DNA of 64,000 nt from an uncultured Chloroflexia bacterium (GCA_963736025.1 CAVTNH010000002.1:595351-659350); one strand, 5' to 3'; counted from the stretch's first letter, positions 7,601 through 16,887 are shown. Notes: generated from the letters alone by a model not told the origin. A program made the numbers and translations.

Positions 7601-8641
7601 CTAGTGGTTGCCCCTCCCGTGGTCGTCGTCATGGTGCCGGTCGTGCTGTTGCCCGTGGTGCCGGTCATGGTGCCGCTCGGGGCGCTCGTGCCGCTCGTGG
7701 TGCACGGGCCGCTCCTTGGGCTTGTCCTTCGGCTTGGGCTTCGGCTTCGGCTTGTCCTTGTCCTTGTCCTTGTCGTGGTCGCGGTCGTGGGCCTGGTCCT
7801 TGTCGCGGTCGCGCGAGCGATCACGGTCGTCGTGGTCGCGGCGGTCCTTGTCGTGGTCGTGCGGCTTGTCGCGATCGCACGGCCGCGCGTGCCGGCCGCG
7901 GTCCCGATGGGCGTTGTTGCACCGGTCCGGGGGCGACGGGAACTTGATCGGCTTGAACGTCTCCTTCGGGCCCGGGTTGACGACCGGCTTCCTCGTCGGC
8001 TCGGGCCCGGTCGTCGGGTTGGAGGTCGGCGTCGGGGGTGGCTTGGCCGTGGGGTCCTGGGTCGGAGCGGACGTCGGGGCCGAGGTCGGGTTCGAGGTCG
8101 GGCGGACGTCGGGTTCGAGGTCGGGTTCGAGGTCGGCGCGGACGTCGGGTTCGAGGTCGGGTTCGAGGTCGGGGCGGACGTCGGGTTCGAGGTCGGATTC
8201 GAGGTCGGATTCGGCTCCGATGTCGGCTTCGGGGCCGGCGTCTTCGAGGGCGGCTGCGTGGGATCGGGACACGATCGGTTGGCCCGGTGCCTCGGTCTCG
8301 CCTGCGCCTGGTGCCTGGGTCGGGACCACGACCGGGCCGCCACCCGGAGGCGGTGAGGCCGGCACGCCCGGCGAGGCGATCGCGCCCGACGGGGAGCTGC
8401 CGGGGTTCGTCCCCGGCGACGACGGAACGATGGGTGGCGGCGTCGGGCCGTTGGCTGTCGTCGCCTGGCTCGGGGTCGTCCCTGTTGCGGCAGGCGAGCC
8501 CAGCGCGGTCCCTGGGGTCGAACCGGCAGCCTGGCCCGGAGCGGTCAGATCGGCCACGCTGACCGCCAGTGCGACCGAGACCAGGAGCACGTTGATGATG
8601 CCGAGCGCGATGACAGCGCGGAGGCGCTGGGCGGCCGTCAC
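7601..8641 (-). CDS. Membrane-anchored low-complexity protein: TM helix, Pro/Thr/Ser-rich linker, acidic 12-aa tandem repeats, His/Asp/Lys-rich C-terminal tail
   Basis: 346-aa ORF. N-terminal anchor is [23 protein letters not shown]. The repeat reads [11 protein letters not shown] x3. The tail reads [15 protein letters not shown]...[13 protein letters not shown]...[28 protein letters not shown]. The frame through the repeat is uncertain. Confidence 0.55.
   Translation of the reverse strand: MTAAQRLRAVIALGIINVLLVSVALAVSVADLTAPGQAAGSTPGTALGSPAATGTTPSQATTANGPTPPPIVPSSPGTNPGSSPSGAIASPGVPASPPPGGGPVVVPTQAPGAGETEAPGQPIVSRSHAAALEDAGPEADIGAESDLESDLEPDVRPDLEPDLEPDVRADLEPDLEPDVRPTSNPTSAPTSAPTQDPTAKPPPTPTSNPTTGPEPTRKPVVNPGPKETFKPIKFPSPPDRCNNAHRDRGRHARPCDRDKPHDHDKDRRDHDDRDRSRDRDKDQAHDRDHDKDKDKDKPKPKPKPKDKPKERPVHHERHERPERHHDRHHGQQHDRHHDDDHGRGNH
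8067..8208. repeat. Tandem repeat, about 4 copies of a 36-bp unit built from 12-bp GTCGGGTTCGAG sub-repeats
   Basis: Unit GCGGACGTCGGGTTCGAGGTCGGGTTCGAGGTCGGN begins at 8067, 8102, 8138 and 8174. The first copy is 35 bp and the others 36 bp, so the repeat phase shifts by 1 nt at 8101/8102. Confidence 0.9.
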
Positions 8642-8740
8642 GTCGATACGTTGCTCCGGGGGCGGGCGGCGCCGCGGGGATTGGCGCCTGTTCGGATGGT
8701 AGCACCGGGGCCATCCCGCCGCGTCAGAGACGGCCCCATT

Positions 8741-9358
8741 TCAGGCGAGTTCGACCACCTCGAGAGGCTCGTATCGCGCCGGGCCGCCACCGGTCAGGCT
8801 CTCGAACAGACCGACCTCGTCGACCCGGAATCGCAGGTGCAGACCGGACGCCTCGGCCATCAGCCGGGAGGCGAATCCCGCGCCGGCGGCGATCCCGTCC
8901 GAGCGTGCCAGCGTCAGGTGCGGGCGGAACGGTCGGTCCGACGCCGGCCAGCCGGCCGCCACGAGGGCCTCGTCCACCCGGCCGGCGAGCGATCCGAGAC
9001 CGTTCTCCTCGTCGACGATGCCCAGCCAGAGCGCCCTGGGCCGCTCCGGCGAGGGGAATGCGCCGGCGCCCTCGATCTCGAGGTCGAACGCCGGGCCGAC
9101 ACCGGCCTGTCGGACGGCCTCGCGGGCGGCGTCCACCCGGCCCTCGAGCGTCGGGCCGATGAAGCGAAGCGTCAGGTGCAGCCCGTCCATCCGGACCCAG
9201 CGGGCGTCATGGCCTCCGCCGGGCACGCCGGGGGCCCGCACGCGATCGACGAGCGCGGCCACCTCGGCGGCCGCATCGGCCGGCAACGGCACGGCCACGA
9301 AGAGTCGTCGGCCCGGTTCATCCGCCCCTGGCCACGACCGCCGTCGCGGACCGGTCAC
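8741..9358 (-). CDS. thpR: RNA 2',3'-cyclic phosphodiesterase (2H phosphoesterase, LigT/ThpR)
   Basis: Two HxT/S motifs (HLTLRF and HLTLAR) at the expected spacing. Confidence 0.85.
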   Translation of the reverse strand: MTGPRRRSWPGADEPGRRLFVAVPLPADAAAEVAALVDRVRAPGVPGGGHDARWVRMDGLHLTLRFIGPTLEGRVDAAREAVRQAGVGPAFDLEIEGAGAFPSPERPRALWLGIVDEENGLGSLAGRVDEALVAAGWPASDRPFRPHLTLARSDGIAAGAGFASRLMAEASGLHLRFRVDEVGLFESLTGGGPARYEPLEVVELA

Positions 9359-9879
9359 CGCGCGACGGTCGTGCCGGTCTCACGCTCCCAGGTGACGCGA
9401 TCGGCACCGAGGACCTCCAGGGCCCGCTCGCGCTCGCGCCAGCCGAGCATCTCGACGGTCTTGTCCTCGAGCGCCTTGTAGGTCTGGAAGAAGTGCTCGA
9501 TCTCGACAAGCCGATGCGGCCGGACCTGCTCGAGTCGTTCGATGTGCTGCTGGTGGGCGTCGCCCAGGGCGACACACAGGACCTTGAAGTCGAAGCCCTT
9601 CTCGTCACGCATCTCGAGGCCGCCGATCGGGCGGGCCCAGACGTGACAGCCGGTGAACGTCGGCTCGTCGATGATCAGCAGGGCGTCGGTGTGGTCGCCG
9701 TCCCCGGCGCGCGTGCCCTCGATGAAGCCGTAGTCGAAGTTGTAGTAGACCGCGCTCGAGAGCACCCGATCGAGCCGGTAGACGCCGGCCTCCTCGTCGA
9801 ACTCGTACTTGTTGCGCGATCCGCGCGGGATCTCGACGACGATCTCGACGACCTCGGGAAACGGCCCGGGACTCTTCAC
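9355..9879 (-). CDS. ppa: Family I inorganic pyrophosphatase (domain or gene)
   Basis: EIPRGSRNKYEFDEE, YNFDYGFIEGT, DGDHTDAL. A candidate GTG start at 9879 gives 174 aa. The reading frame is also open upstream into the GNAT domain. Confidence 0.85.
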   Translation of the reverse strand: MKSPGPFPEVVEIVVEIPRGSRNKYEFDEEAGVYRLDRVLSSAVYYNFDYGFIEGTRAGDGDHTDALLIIDEPTFTGCHVWARPIGGLEMRDEKGFDFKVLCVALGDAHQQHIERLEQVRPHRLVEIEHFFQTYKALEDKTVEMLGWRERERALEVLGADRVTWERETGTTVAR

Positions 9880-10575
9880 GACGTCACGATACCCGGTCTC
9901 GTGCCGGGTCCGTCGTCGACGGTGTGTCCGGAATTCGACGACCCAGTCGTTGCATCGCATCACGTGGCCCGGCGGGTATTCGTACTCGCACGCGCCGACG
10001 AGGGTGAACCCGGCCCGGCGGCAGATGGCGTTCGCCGGACCGTTGTCGAGCGCGGTGAACGCGTGGATGGAGCCGTGCCAAGCCTCCGCCCTGGCGCGCT
10101 CGACGATCTGGACCAAGGCTCGCGTCGCGATGCCACGACCCTGCGCCTCGGGGAGCACGCTCACGCCCGTCTCCCACACCGTCTCGCCCTGCCGATCGAC
10201 CTCCCAGTAGCCGGTCGAGCCTGCTGCGAGTCGCTCCGGCCCGGCCGTGACCACGAACATCCGGCCGGCGGTCGTGTCACCAACGCCGAGGTAGGCGATG
10301 TGGCGCCACCGGATCTCGTCAGGAGACTCCGGCCCGCCGAGGTGGACGGTCATGGCCGGATCGCCGAGCAGCCGCTCGAGGAGCGTCAGGTCAGCGTCGG
10401 TCCATGGTCGGAGGGTGACGTCGAAGACGCCGCCGGGCGGGAGTCTGGCCCAGCCGTCAGTCGTTGTAGAGACGCTCCTCGATGAGCTTCTCCTGCACCG
10501 TTCGGCCGTTCGGGTCGAAGCAGGAGAACTCGAAGTGCTTCTCGAACTCGAGGTCCACGTTGTCCTGGCCACCAC
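9880..10575 (-). CDS. GNAT (RimJ/RimL-like) N-acetyltransferase domain, in frame with ppa and with no stop codon between them
   Basis: LRPWTDADLTLLERLL...QGRGIATRALVQIVERA...ANAICRRAGFTLVG. The only in-frame start is GTG at 10575, which overlaps the upstream DnaB-like gene by 119 nt. There is no stop before ppa. Confidence 0.65.
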
Positions 10576-11542
10576 GGTTCTTCTCGACCGACACGATGAC
10601 CCAGTCGCGGAACCGTTGGGCCTGGTACGGGTTGAACTCGATGTTGACCTTGGCGACGATGTGGTACTTCTCGTTGAGGATGACGATGATGTCCGCCTCG
10701 TAGTTGATGGCGGAGCTGCCGCGCAGGTGGAAGTTGCGCAGGCGCGAGGCCTTCAGGCCTTCCTTGTCCGCCGCCACGATGGCGATCATCGGGACGTCCT
10801 CGGCGAGGGCGATGTCCTTGAGGCCGTTGACGATGTAGGTGACCTTCTCGGTCTCGTTCTCGGGCTCGGGGATCTGGGGCACCTTCTGCAGGTAGTCGAC
10901 GAACACCACGAGTCGCCGATCGCCCGACAGCGCCCGATGCTGCTGCACGAGCGTCCGGATGTTGTCGATGGTGCTGGCCGTCTGCGAGCCGCGCAGCAGG
11001 AACAGGTTCTGCCCGTAGCGGGCGATCCGGTCCAGCGACGGGCGCAGGCGCGGGTTGTTCGCGAGCTGGGCGCCACCGGCACCCTCGGCCATCCACGTGC
11101 CGAGGATCTCCTTGCGGACGTCGACGATCTTGATCGCGCCCGTCTTGTGCGGCAGGTGGGCGAGGGCCGACTCCATCGCGATCAGGCGGTTGAGGAGGTA
11201 CGGCTCGTCGTGCTCGAAGCAGATGTACAGGACGTTGGCCTGGCCGCCCGAGGCGATGTTGCGCGCCATCTGGAGGGCCATCGTGGTCTTGCCGGTGCCC
11301 TGCGCGCCGCCGATGAGGAACAGCTCGCCGGCCCGGAGGCCGCCGCCGATCGTCTTGTCCATCGGGGTGAAGCCGAGGGGCACGGGCTGGTATTCGCCGA
11401 CCTGGCCGCCGACGACCTTGTCGTTGAGGTCGACGAGCACGTCGAGGGCTGACCGGGGCACCATGCTGCCGTGGTCGGTATCGAGTCGCCAGGATGATGT
11501 TGGCTGCGGATCCGCCTTCAGATCAGCGGCTTCGGTGCTCAC
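10457..11542 (-). CDS. DnaB-helicase C-terminal-domain-like (RecA-fold) ATPase lacking the DnaB N-terminal domain
   Basis: Walker A GGAQGTGKTT, Walker B VVFVDYLQ, and a DnaB-like H3/H4 region (LKDIALAEDVPMIAI, LRGSSAINYEADIIVIL). GTG at 11542 has GGGGAGG 10 nt upstream. Confidence 0.7.
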   Translation of the reverse strand: MSTEAADLKADPQPTSSWRLDTDHGSMVPRSALDVLVDLNDKVVGGQVGEYQPVPLGFTPMDKTIGGGLRAGELFLIGGAQGTGKTTMALQMARNIASGGQANVLYICFEHDEPYLLNRLIAMESALAHLPHKTGAIKIVDVRKEILGTWMAEGAGGAQLANNPRLRPSLDRIARYGQNLFLLRGSQTASTIDNIRTLVQQHRALSGDRRLVVFVDYLQKVPQIPEPENETEKVTYIVNGLKDIALAEDVPMIAIVAADKEGLKASRLRNFHLRGSSAINYEADIIVILNEKYHIVAKVNIEFNPYQAQRFRDWVIVSVEKNRGGQDNVDLEFEKHFEFSCFDPNGRTVQEKLIEERLYND

Positions 11543-11698
11543 GTGGTGCAGACCTCCCCGAGTGGTGCAGTGACGCAAAGGGTAGCACTCGAATGGGCCC
11601 GAATCACCCACCCGCACCCCTGCAGTCCGCACAGGGAGGCCGTTTCTCGCGCTTCCCGGCCGGTGTCCGGATGAACCACCGGACACCGGCTGTGCGCG

Positions 11699-13129
11699 TC
11701 AGTGAGGGATCGTCGCGAGCTCGTCGAAGGCGCGAACGACGGCCCGGATCCCGGTCTCGTAGTTGCGCAGGTCCATCCACTCGTCGGGTGCGTGCGCGTG
11801 GTCGTTGGGCGGCGTGAACCCGAGGAGGACGACCGGCAGGCCGAGGACCGATTCGAAGCTCGCGACCACCGGGATGCTGCCGCCCTCCCGGATGTAGACG
11901 GGGGCCTGGCCGAACGTCGCCTCGATCGCGCGGGCGGCCGCCTGGGTCGCCGGGAGGTCGATCGGCGTCAACGTCCCCTTGCCGCCGCCGAGCAGGGTGA
12001 CCGTGACGGTCACGCCGGGCGGGGCGATGGCCTCGACGAAGGACTTGAACTGCTCGTAGATCCGATCCGGGTCCTGGGCGGCCACGAGCCGGCAGCTGAC
12101 CTTGGCATGGGCGTGGGCCGGGATGATGGTCTTGGACCCCTCGCCCTGGAAGCCGCCCCAGATGCCGTTGACATCGAGGGTCGGCCGCGCTCCGCGGCGC
12201 TCCAGGGGCGTGTAGCCGACCTCGCCGACCAGGGCCGGCACGCCGATCTCCTGTCGGAACGCCTCCTCGTCGAACGGCAGCGAGGCGAGCGCCGCCCGAT
12301 CGAGGTCGGTCATCGCGACGACATCGTCGTAGAAGCCCGGGATGAGGATCCGGCCGTCCGGGCCCTTGAGGGCCGTGACGATCCGGGCCAGGGCGTTGGC
12401 GGGGTTCTCGACGTTGCCGCCGAACCCGCCGGAGTGCAGGTCGAGGGGACCCCCGACGACGTCGATCTGCGCGTACATGATCCCGCGCAGGCTCTGGGTG
12501 ATGGCCGGGACGTTGCCCTCGAAGAACCCGGTGTCGCTGATGACCGCGACGTCGGCCGCGAGGCGGTCGCGGTTGGCCTCGAGCCACGGGTCGAGGTGGC
12601 TCGAGCTCGACTCCTCCTCGCCCTCGAAGACGTACCGCACGTTCACCGGGAAGCCGCCACGGGTGGCGAGGATGGCGGCGGCGGCCATCAGGTGGATGTG
12701 GATCTGGCCCTTGTCGTCCGAGCTGCCGCGACCGAGCATGCGATGGCCGTCGATGACCGGCTCGAACGGCGGCGAGGTCCACAGGTCCAGCGGATCGACC
12801 GGCTGCACGTCGTAGTGACCGTAGACGAGGACCGTCGGCGCGCCCTCGGCATGCAGCCAGTCGCCGTAGACGAGCGGATGGCCGGACGTCTCGCTGACCT
12901 CGACATGCTCGATGCCCGCGGTCCGCATCGCGTCGGCGAGCCACTCGGCCGCAGCGCGACAGTCGGCCGCGTGGGCCGGGAGCGCGGAGATGCTCGGGAT
13001 CCGCAGGAACGCCTTGTACGACTCGAGCCGGGCGTCGAGGGTCGCGTCGAGGTGGGCGTCGAGGGCGGCGTTCGGGTCGGTCACGGGCAGCCTCGGTCGG
13101 GGTGATGGACAAGAGGGGGTGGGGACCAT
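11699..13129 (-). CDS. M20-family metallopeptidase (dipeptidase-like)
   Basis: HYDVQP, RGSSDDKG, GEEESSS, ENPANAL. An alternative GTG start at 13084 has a GAGG upstream. Confidence 0.85.
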   Translation of the reverse strand: MVPTPSCPSPRPRLPVTDPNAALDAHLDATLDARLESYKAFLRIPSISALPAHAADCRAAAEWLADAMRTAGIEHVEVSETSGHPLVYGDWLHAEGAPTVLVYGHYDVQPVDPLDLWTSPPFEPVIDGHRMLGRGSSDDKGQIHIHLMAAAAILATRGGFPVNVRYVFEGEEESSSSHLDPWLEANRDRLAADVAVISDTGFFEGNVPAITQSLRGIMYAQIDVVGGPLDLHSGGFGGNVENPANALARIVTALKGPDGRILIPGFYDDVVAMTDLDRAALASLPFDEEAFRQEIGVPALVGEVGYTPLERRGARPTLDVNGIWGGFQGEGSKTIIPAHAHAKVSCRLVAAQDPDRIYEQFKSFVEAIAPPGVTVTVTLLGGGKGTLTPIDLPATQAAARAIEATFGQAPVYIREGGSIPVVASFESVLGLPVVLLGFTPPNDHAHAPDEWMDLRNYETGIRAVVRAFDELATIPH

Positions 13130-13147
13130 TCTACGGCCCCGGAATCG

Positions 13148-13176
13148 AACGAGCGGGCCTCGGCGGCCCGCTCGTT
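13148..13176 (-). terminator. Hairpin downstream of ftsH
   Basis: Perfect 12-bp inverted repeat AACGAGCGGGCC / GGCCCGCTCGTT with a 5-nt loop, 26 nt after the ftsH stop. There is no clear U tract. Confidence 0.45.
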
Positions 13177-13201
13177 GCGGTGGTCTGGGATCCGCGCCGG
13201 A

Positions 13202-15106
13202 TCAGGCCGGCTGCGGGTTCGGCTCGGGGATCGGCTGGCCTGGCCCGATGATGGTCGGGGCGCCGTGCTGGTTCACCTTCGGCGGCAGGTCGCTGAAGAG
13301 GGCCTCGAAGCCCTCCGCGTCGACCGTCTCCTCGGCGACGAGCTTCTCGGCGAGGGCGACGAGCTTGTCCTTGTGGGTCGTGAGGACCTCCTGGGCCCGC
13401 TCGTATGCCTTGTCGATGATCGCCCGGACCTCTTCGTCGATGGTCTTGGCGACCTCGTCGCTGTAGTTGCGCTGCTCACCGATCTCCCGGCCGAGGAACA
13501 CGAGCTCGTCGCGCTTCCCGAACGAGAGCGGTCCGAGCTTGTCGCTCATCCCGAACTCGGTGACCATCCGGCGAGCCAGGTCGGTCGCCTTCTCGATGTC
13601 GTTGCTGGCACCGGTCGTCGTGTCGCCGAAGATCAGGCGCTCGGCGACGTTGCCTCCGAGCAGGCCGGCGATCTTGTCCTCGAACTCGGTCTTGGACTGG
13701 AGATACCGGTCCTCCTGCGGGAGGGCCATGGTGTAGCCGAGGGCCATGCCGCGGCTGATGATCGTCACCTTGGCGACCGGGTCGCACTTCGGCAGGATCC
13801 GCTGGACGACGGCGTGACCACCTTCGTGGTAGGCGATGATCGCCTTCTCGGCGTCCGAGATGAGCCGCGACTTGCGCTCCGGTCCGGCGACGATCCGCTC
13901 CAGGGCCTCCTGGAACTCGGACATGCCGATGACCTTCTTGTTGCGGCGGGCCGACAGGATCGCCGCCTCGTTGACGAGGTTGGCCAGGTCCGCCCCCGAG
14001 AAGCCCGGGGACTGGCGCGCCACGCCCTCGACGTCGACGCCCTTGTCGAGCGGCTTGCCCTTGGTGTGGACGCGAAGGATCTCGGTCCGGCCGCGCATGT
14101 CGGGCCGGTCGAGGATGACCTGTCGGTCGAACCGGCCCGGGCGCAGCAGCGCCGGGTCGAGGACGTCCGGCCGGTTGGTGGCGGCGACGACGATGACGTT
14201 GGTGTTCGTGTCGAAGCCGTCCATCTCGACGAGGATCTGGTTGAGGGTCTGCTCGCGCTCGTCGTGGCTGCCGCCGAGGCCGGCGCCGCGCTGGCGGCCG
14301 ACCGCGTCGATCTCGTCGACGAACACGATGCACGGGGAATTGCGCTTCGCCTGGTCGAACAGGTCGCGGACACGGCTGGCGCCGACGCCGACGAACATCT
14401 CGACGAATTCCGAGCCCGAGATGCTGAAGAACGGGACGCCCGCCTCGCCGGCGACGGCCCGGGCCATCAGCGTCTTGCCGGTGCCGGGAGGTCCGACCAG
14501 CAGCACGCCGCGCGGGATGCGCGCGCCGAGCGAGTTGAACTTCTCCGGGTACTTGAGGAACTCCACGACTTCCTGGAGCTCGGTCTTGGCCTCGTCGACG
14601 CCGGCCACGTCCGCGAACGTCACAACGGTCTTGCTGCCGAGGAACATCCGCGCGCGGCTCTTGCCGAACGAGAGGGCCTGGTTATTGGTCCCCTGGGCCT
14701 GGCGCATCATGAAGAAGATGAAGCCGCCGATGACCAGCAGGGGCAGGAGCCCGGTCAGGAGCAGACCGAGCCACGAGGTGTCCGGTGCCTTGATCGCTCT
14801 GAAGACCTTCGGATCGAGGTCGTGGCCGCCCGTCGATGCCGCCGTGTTCATGTCGGTGAAGACCTGCGTCAGGATGCTCGGGACGACGACCGTGTAGTTG
14901 CTCGGGTTCCCGCTCGACTTGACGGTCAGGACGTCGCCCTCCTGGGTGACCTCCGTCACCTGGCCTGCGGCGACCTGGCTGAGGAACTCGGAATAGCCGA
15001 CCGGCACGGCCGGTGTGCTGGCATTGATCCAGGTGAACAGGAGCGCGGCCGTGCCGAGCACCAGCACCACCATGACGATGCCGTTGCGGAAGAACTTGGG
15101 ATTCAA
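13202..15106 (-). CDS. ftsH: ATP-dependent zinc metalloprotease FtsH
   Basis: 634 aa with two TM segments, GPPGTGKT, the SRH region, and the HEGGHA zinc site. Confidence 0.97.
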   Translation of the reverse strand: MNPKFFRNGIVMVVLVLGTAALLFTWINASTPAVPVGYSEFLSQVAAGQVTEVTQEGDVLTVKSSGNPSNYTVVVPSILTQVFTDMNTAASTGGHDLDPKVFRAIKAPDTSWLGLLLTGLLPLLVIGGFIFFMMRQAQGTNNQALSFGKSRARMFLGSKTVVTFADVAGVDEAKTELQEVVEFLKYPEKFNSLGARIPRGVLLVGPPGTGKTLMARAVAGEAGVPFFSISGSEFVEMFVGVGASRVRDLFDQAKRNSPCIVFVDEIDAVGRQRGAGLGGSHDEREQTLNQILVEMDGFDTNTNVIVVAATNRPDVLDPALLRPGRFDRQVILDRPDMRGRTEILRVHTKGKPLDKGVDVEGVARQSPGFSGADLANLVNEAAILSARRNKKVIGMSEFQEALERIVAGPERKSRLISDAEKAIIAYHEGGHAVVQRILPKCDPVAKVTIISRGMALGYTMALPQEDRYLQSKTEFEDKIAGLLGGNVAERLIFGDTTTGASNDIEKATDLARRMVTEFGMSDKLGPLSFGKRDELVFLGREIGEQRNYSDEVAKTIDEEVRAIIDKAYERAQEVLTTHKDKLVALAEKLVAEETVDAEGFEALFSDLPPKVNQHGAPTIIGPGQPIPEPNPQPA

Positions 15107-15288
15107 CGAGGGAGCCTCCGGGATGTGCGGCGACGCCGGTGCGCAGCCAGCTTGGCGAGTATACCGCCGGGAGTCATGACGGCCCCGTGACGGTGGTCAT
15201 GGCACTTATCGGGGATACGGACGCTCACCGCGCGTGGATGGTGGCGTCGCGACGGGACAAGGTTTCGCAACCATCGAACCGAATCGAA

Positions 15289-15315
15289 ACGACCCTCCCG
15301 GACCGGGAGGGTCGT
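15289..15315 (-). terminator. Strong hairpin immediately 3' of tRNA-Met
   Basis: ACGACCCTCCC-GGACC-GGGAGGGTCGT, an 11-bp perfect stem, 13 nt downstream of the tRNA CCA end on the minus strand. Confidence 0.5.
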
Positions 15316-15327
15316 CATGGTCGAGGT

Positions 15328-15402
15328 TGGTAGCGGAGGGCGGATTTGAACCACCGACCAAGGGCTTATGAGTCCCCTGCTCTACCACTGAGCTACTCCG
15401 CC
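15328..15402 (-). tRNA. tRNA-Met (anticodon CAT), with CCA encoded
   Basis: Minus strand GGCGGAG-TA-GCTC-AGTGGTA-GAGC-A-GGGGA-CTCATAA-GCCCT-TGGTC-GGTGG-TTCAAAT-CCGCC-CTCCGCT-A-CCA. This folds as a cloverleaf with a 7-bp acceptor stem and a TTCAAAT T-loop. Sequence alone cannot exclude a lysidine-modified tRNA-Ile2. Confidence 0.9.
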
Positions 15403-15455
15403 GCCGAAGTCGGATTCTATAGCCGAACCTGACGTTCTGGACAACCCGGCTCCGT

Positions 15456-16738
15456 TCAGTGGCACCGTGAGCGCGGAGCGTTGGCGTTCGCGATCAGCCG
15501 GGCGAGGACCGCCGGACTCTCGGGCAGCTGGAAGTGGTTCACGCCCGGGTTGTCGGTCAGGCTGAAGTGATGGCAGCGCATGCCGGCCCAGACGGCGACG
15601 GCGTCGTTCGTCAGGTCCTCCTGGTTGACGTCGCCGTCGCGCGTGATGAACTCGGTGGTGCCGGTCACCAGCTGGCCGACGGTCAGGTCGGCCAGGCCGA
15701 GCCCGACCAGCGTCTCGAGCCCGGAGCCCTTCTCGGCGTAGACGTCGACGTTCGGGAAGTGGCGCCGGTCGGCGAACCGCACGAAACCGATGTACTTGCC
15801 GCGCGATCGGCTTCACCCAGGACAGGTCCGCGTCGTCGAACAGCGCCGGGTAGTCCTTCGGCGTGTACGCCTTGCCGGTCGACTGGTCGCGGATGACGAC
15901 CTCCTTGTCGCCGAAGATGCGCGGATCCGACGCGGTGATGAAGGTCGACGGATGGGACAGGAACATCCGCGCGCTGCTCACGCCGTTCGCCGGTGTCGCC
16001 GGGAACGCCAGGTCGGGCAGGTTGACCCCGACGAACATCAGGGCGTAGCCGAGACCCTGGCCGGGGAAGTTGCCGGCCAGCGGCGTGAAGCCATGGATGT
16101 ACTTCGCCTTCCACGCCTTGCTCGTGTGGGTGAGCAGGTACTGGACGTAGATCGGGTCCGTTGGAATGGCCGACGAGGTGGACCGGGCGGCGGCCGTTGT
16201 CGCGGTACGTCTTCTCGATCAGCTTCTTCGATCGCTGGAGGAACCCGGCCATGTCCGGCGTCAGGCGAGCGTCATAGCCCGCGACCCGGATGTCACGATC
16301 GCGCGTGTAGCCGGCCGCCTCGAGCGCCTGGTACATCGGCTCGTAGGCCGGTGCGCTCGCGGTCTTGCCGTAGTCGGCGATCTTCACCGTGACGCCCCTC
16401 TGCTCCGAGAAGCGGAGGCGCATCGGCAGGTGCCGGTTCGGCTTGTAGCGCAGCGTCAGCAGCTCGTCCCGGCAGACCTGCGAGAACGGCGGGCCCGGAT
16501 CGAAGAAGACGAGATCCTCGAACGTCCCCGAGCTCGGGCACGCGGGATCGACCTTCTGGTTCTTGACGATGACCTGGAGCCGGGTGAAGTGCCACGCGGG
16601 GAACAGGACGATCGGCGTCCGACGTGGCGAGTGCCCGTGGTGGGCAGACGCCGCCATCGGCAGGGCCGCAAGGACGACCACGGCCGCCATGACACAGAGC
16701 GCAAGGGTCCGTCGCCTGGGCTGGGCGAACGCGTTCAC
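15456..16738 (-). pseudogene. Secreted LCAT/PGAP1-like alpha/beta-hydrolase lipase, split over three frames by two 1-nt frame breaks
   Basis: Signal peptide plus VHLVGHSNG (GHSxG) in frame 1 down to about 16154. IYVQYLLTHTSKAWKAKYIHGF...SWVKPIAR follows in frame 2 down to about 15800. KYIGFVRFADRRHFPNVDVYAEKGSG...TRDGDVNQEDL follows in frame 3 to the stop at 15456. Confidence 0.8.
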
Positions 16739-16887
16739 GGCTGCCTCCTCCTGCTCACCGGGGTCGCCAAGACTCTAGACCGGACGACGACGTCGGGACA
16801 ACCCTCCACCCGGAGGAAGGACTTGGACGGGCGATCCCAGCGCAGGCGCGGGACCAGAGGGCGTGCGCCTCGCGGCGGCGGGTCCCG

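Noticed and set aside
7342-8714. Several overlapping 170-365-aa ORFs on both strands across the repeat region (7342-7947, 7454-8356, 7608-8702, 7821-8714, 8038-8562)
   Set aside because: Repeat-driven open frames give RGR/RPR/GLE-type low-complexity translations. Only the minus frame with the N-terminal TM anchor (7601-8641) has gene-like architecture. The 7423-8343 frame is discussed as a possible partial alternative.
13175-15190. 671-aa plus-strand ORF
   Set aside because: It is exactly antisense to ftsH, whose minus-strand frame carries every FtsH motif. The composition is an artefact of high GC.
15206-15388. 60-aa ORF overlapping tRNA-Met
   Set aside because: The tRNA cloverleaf and its terminator hairpin fully explain this stretch.
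15328-15402. tRNA-Met as a possible genomic-island integration site
   Set aside because: There is no integrase, no direct repeat of the tRNA 3' end, and no compositional break on either side. The neighbours are ftsH and a chromosomal-type lipase gene.
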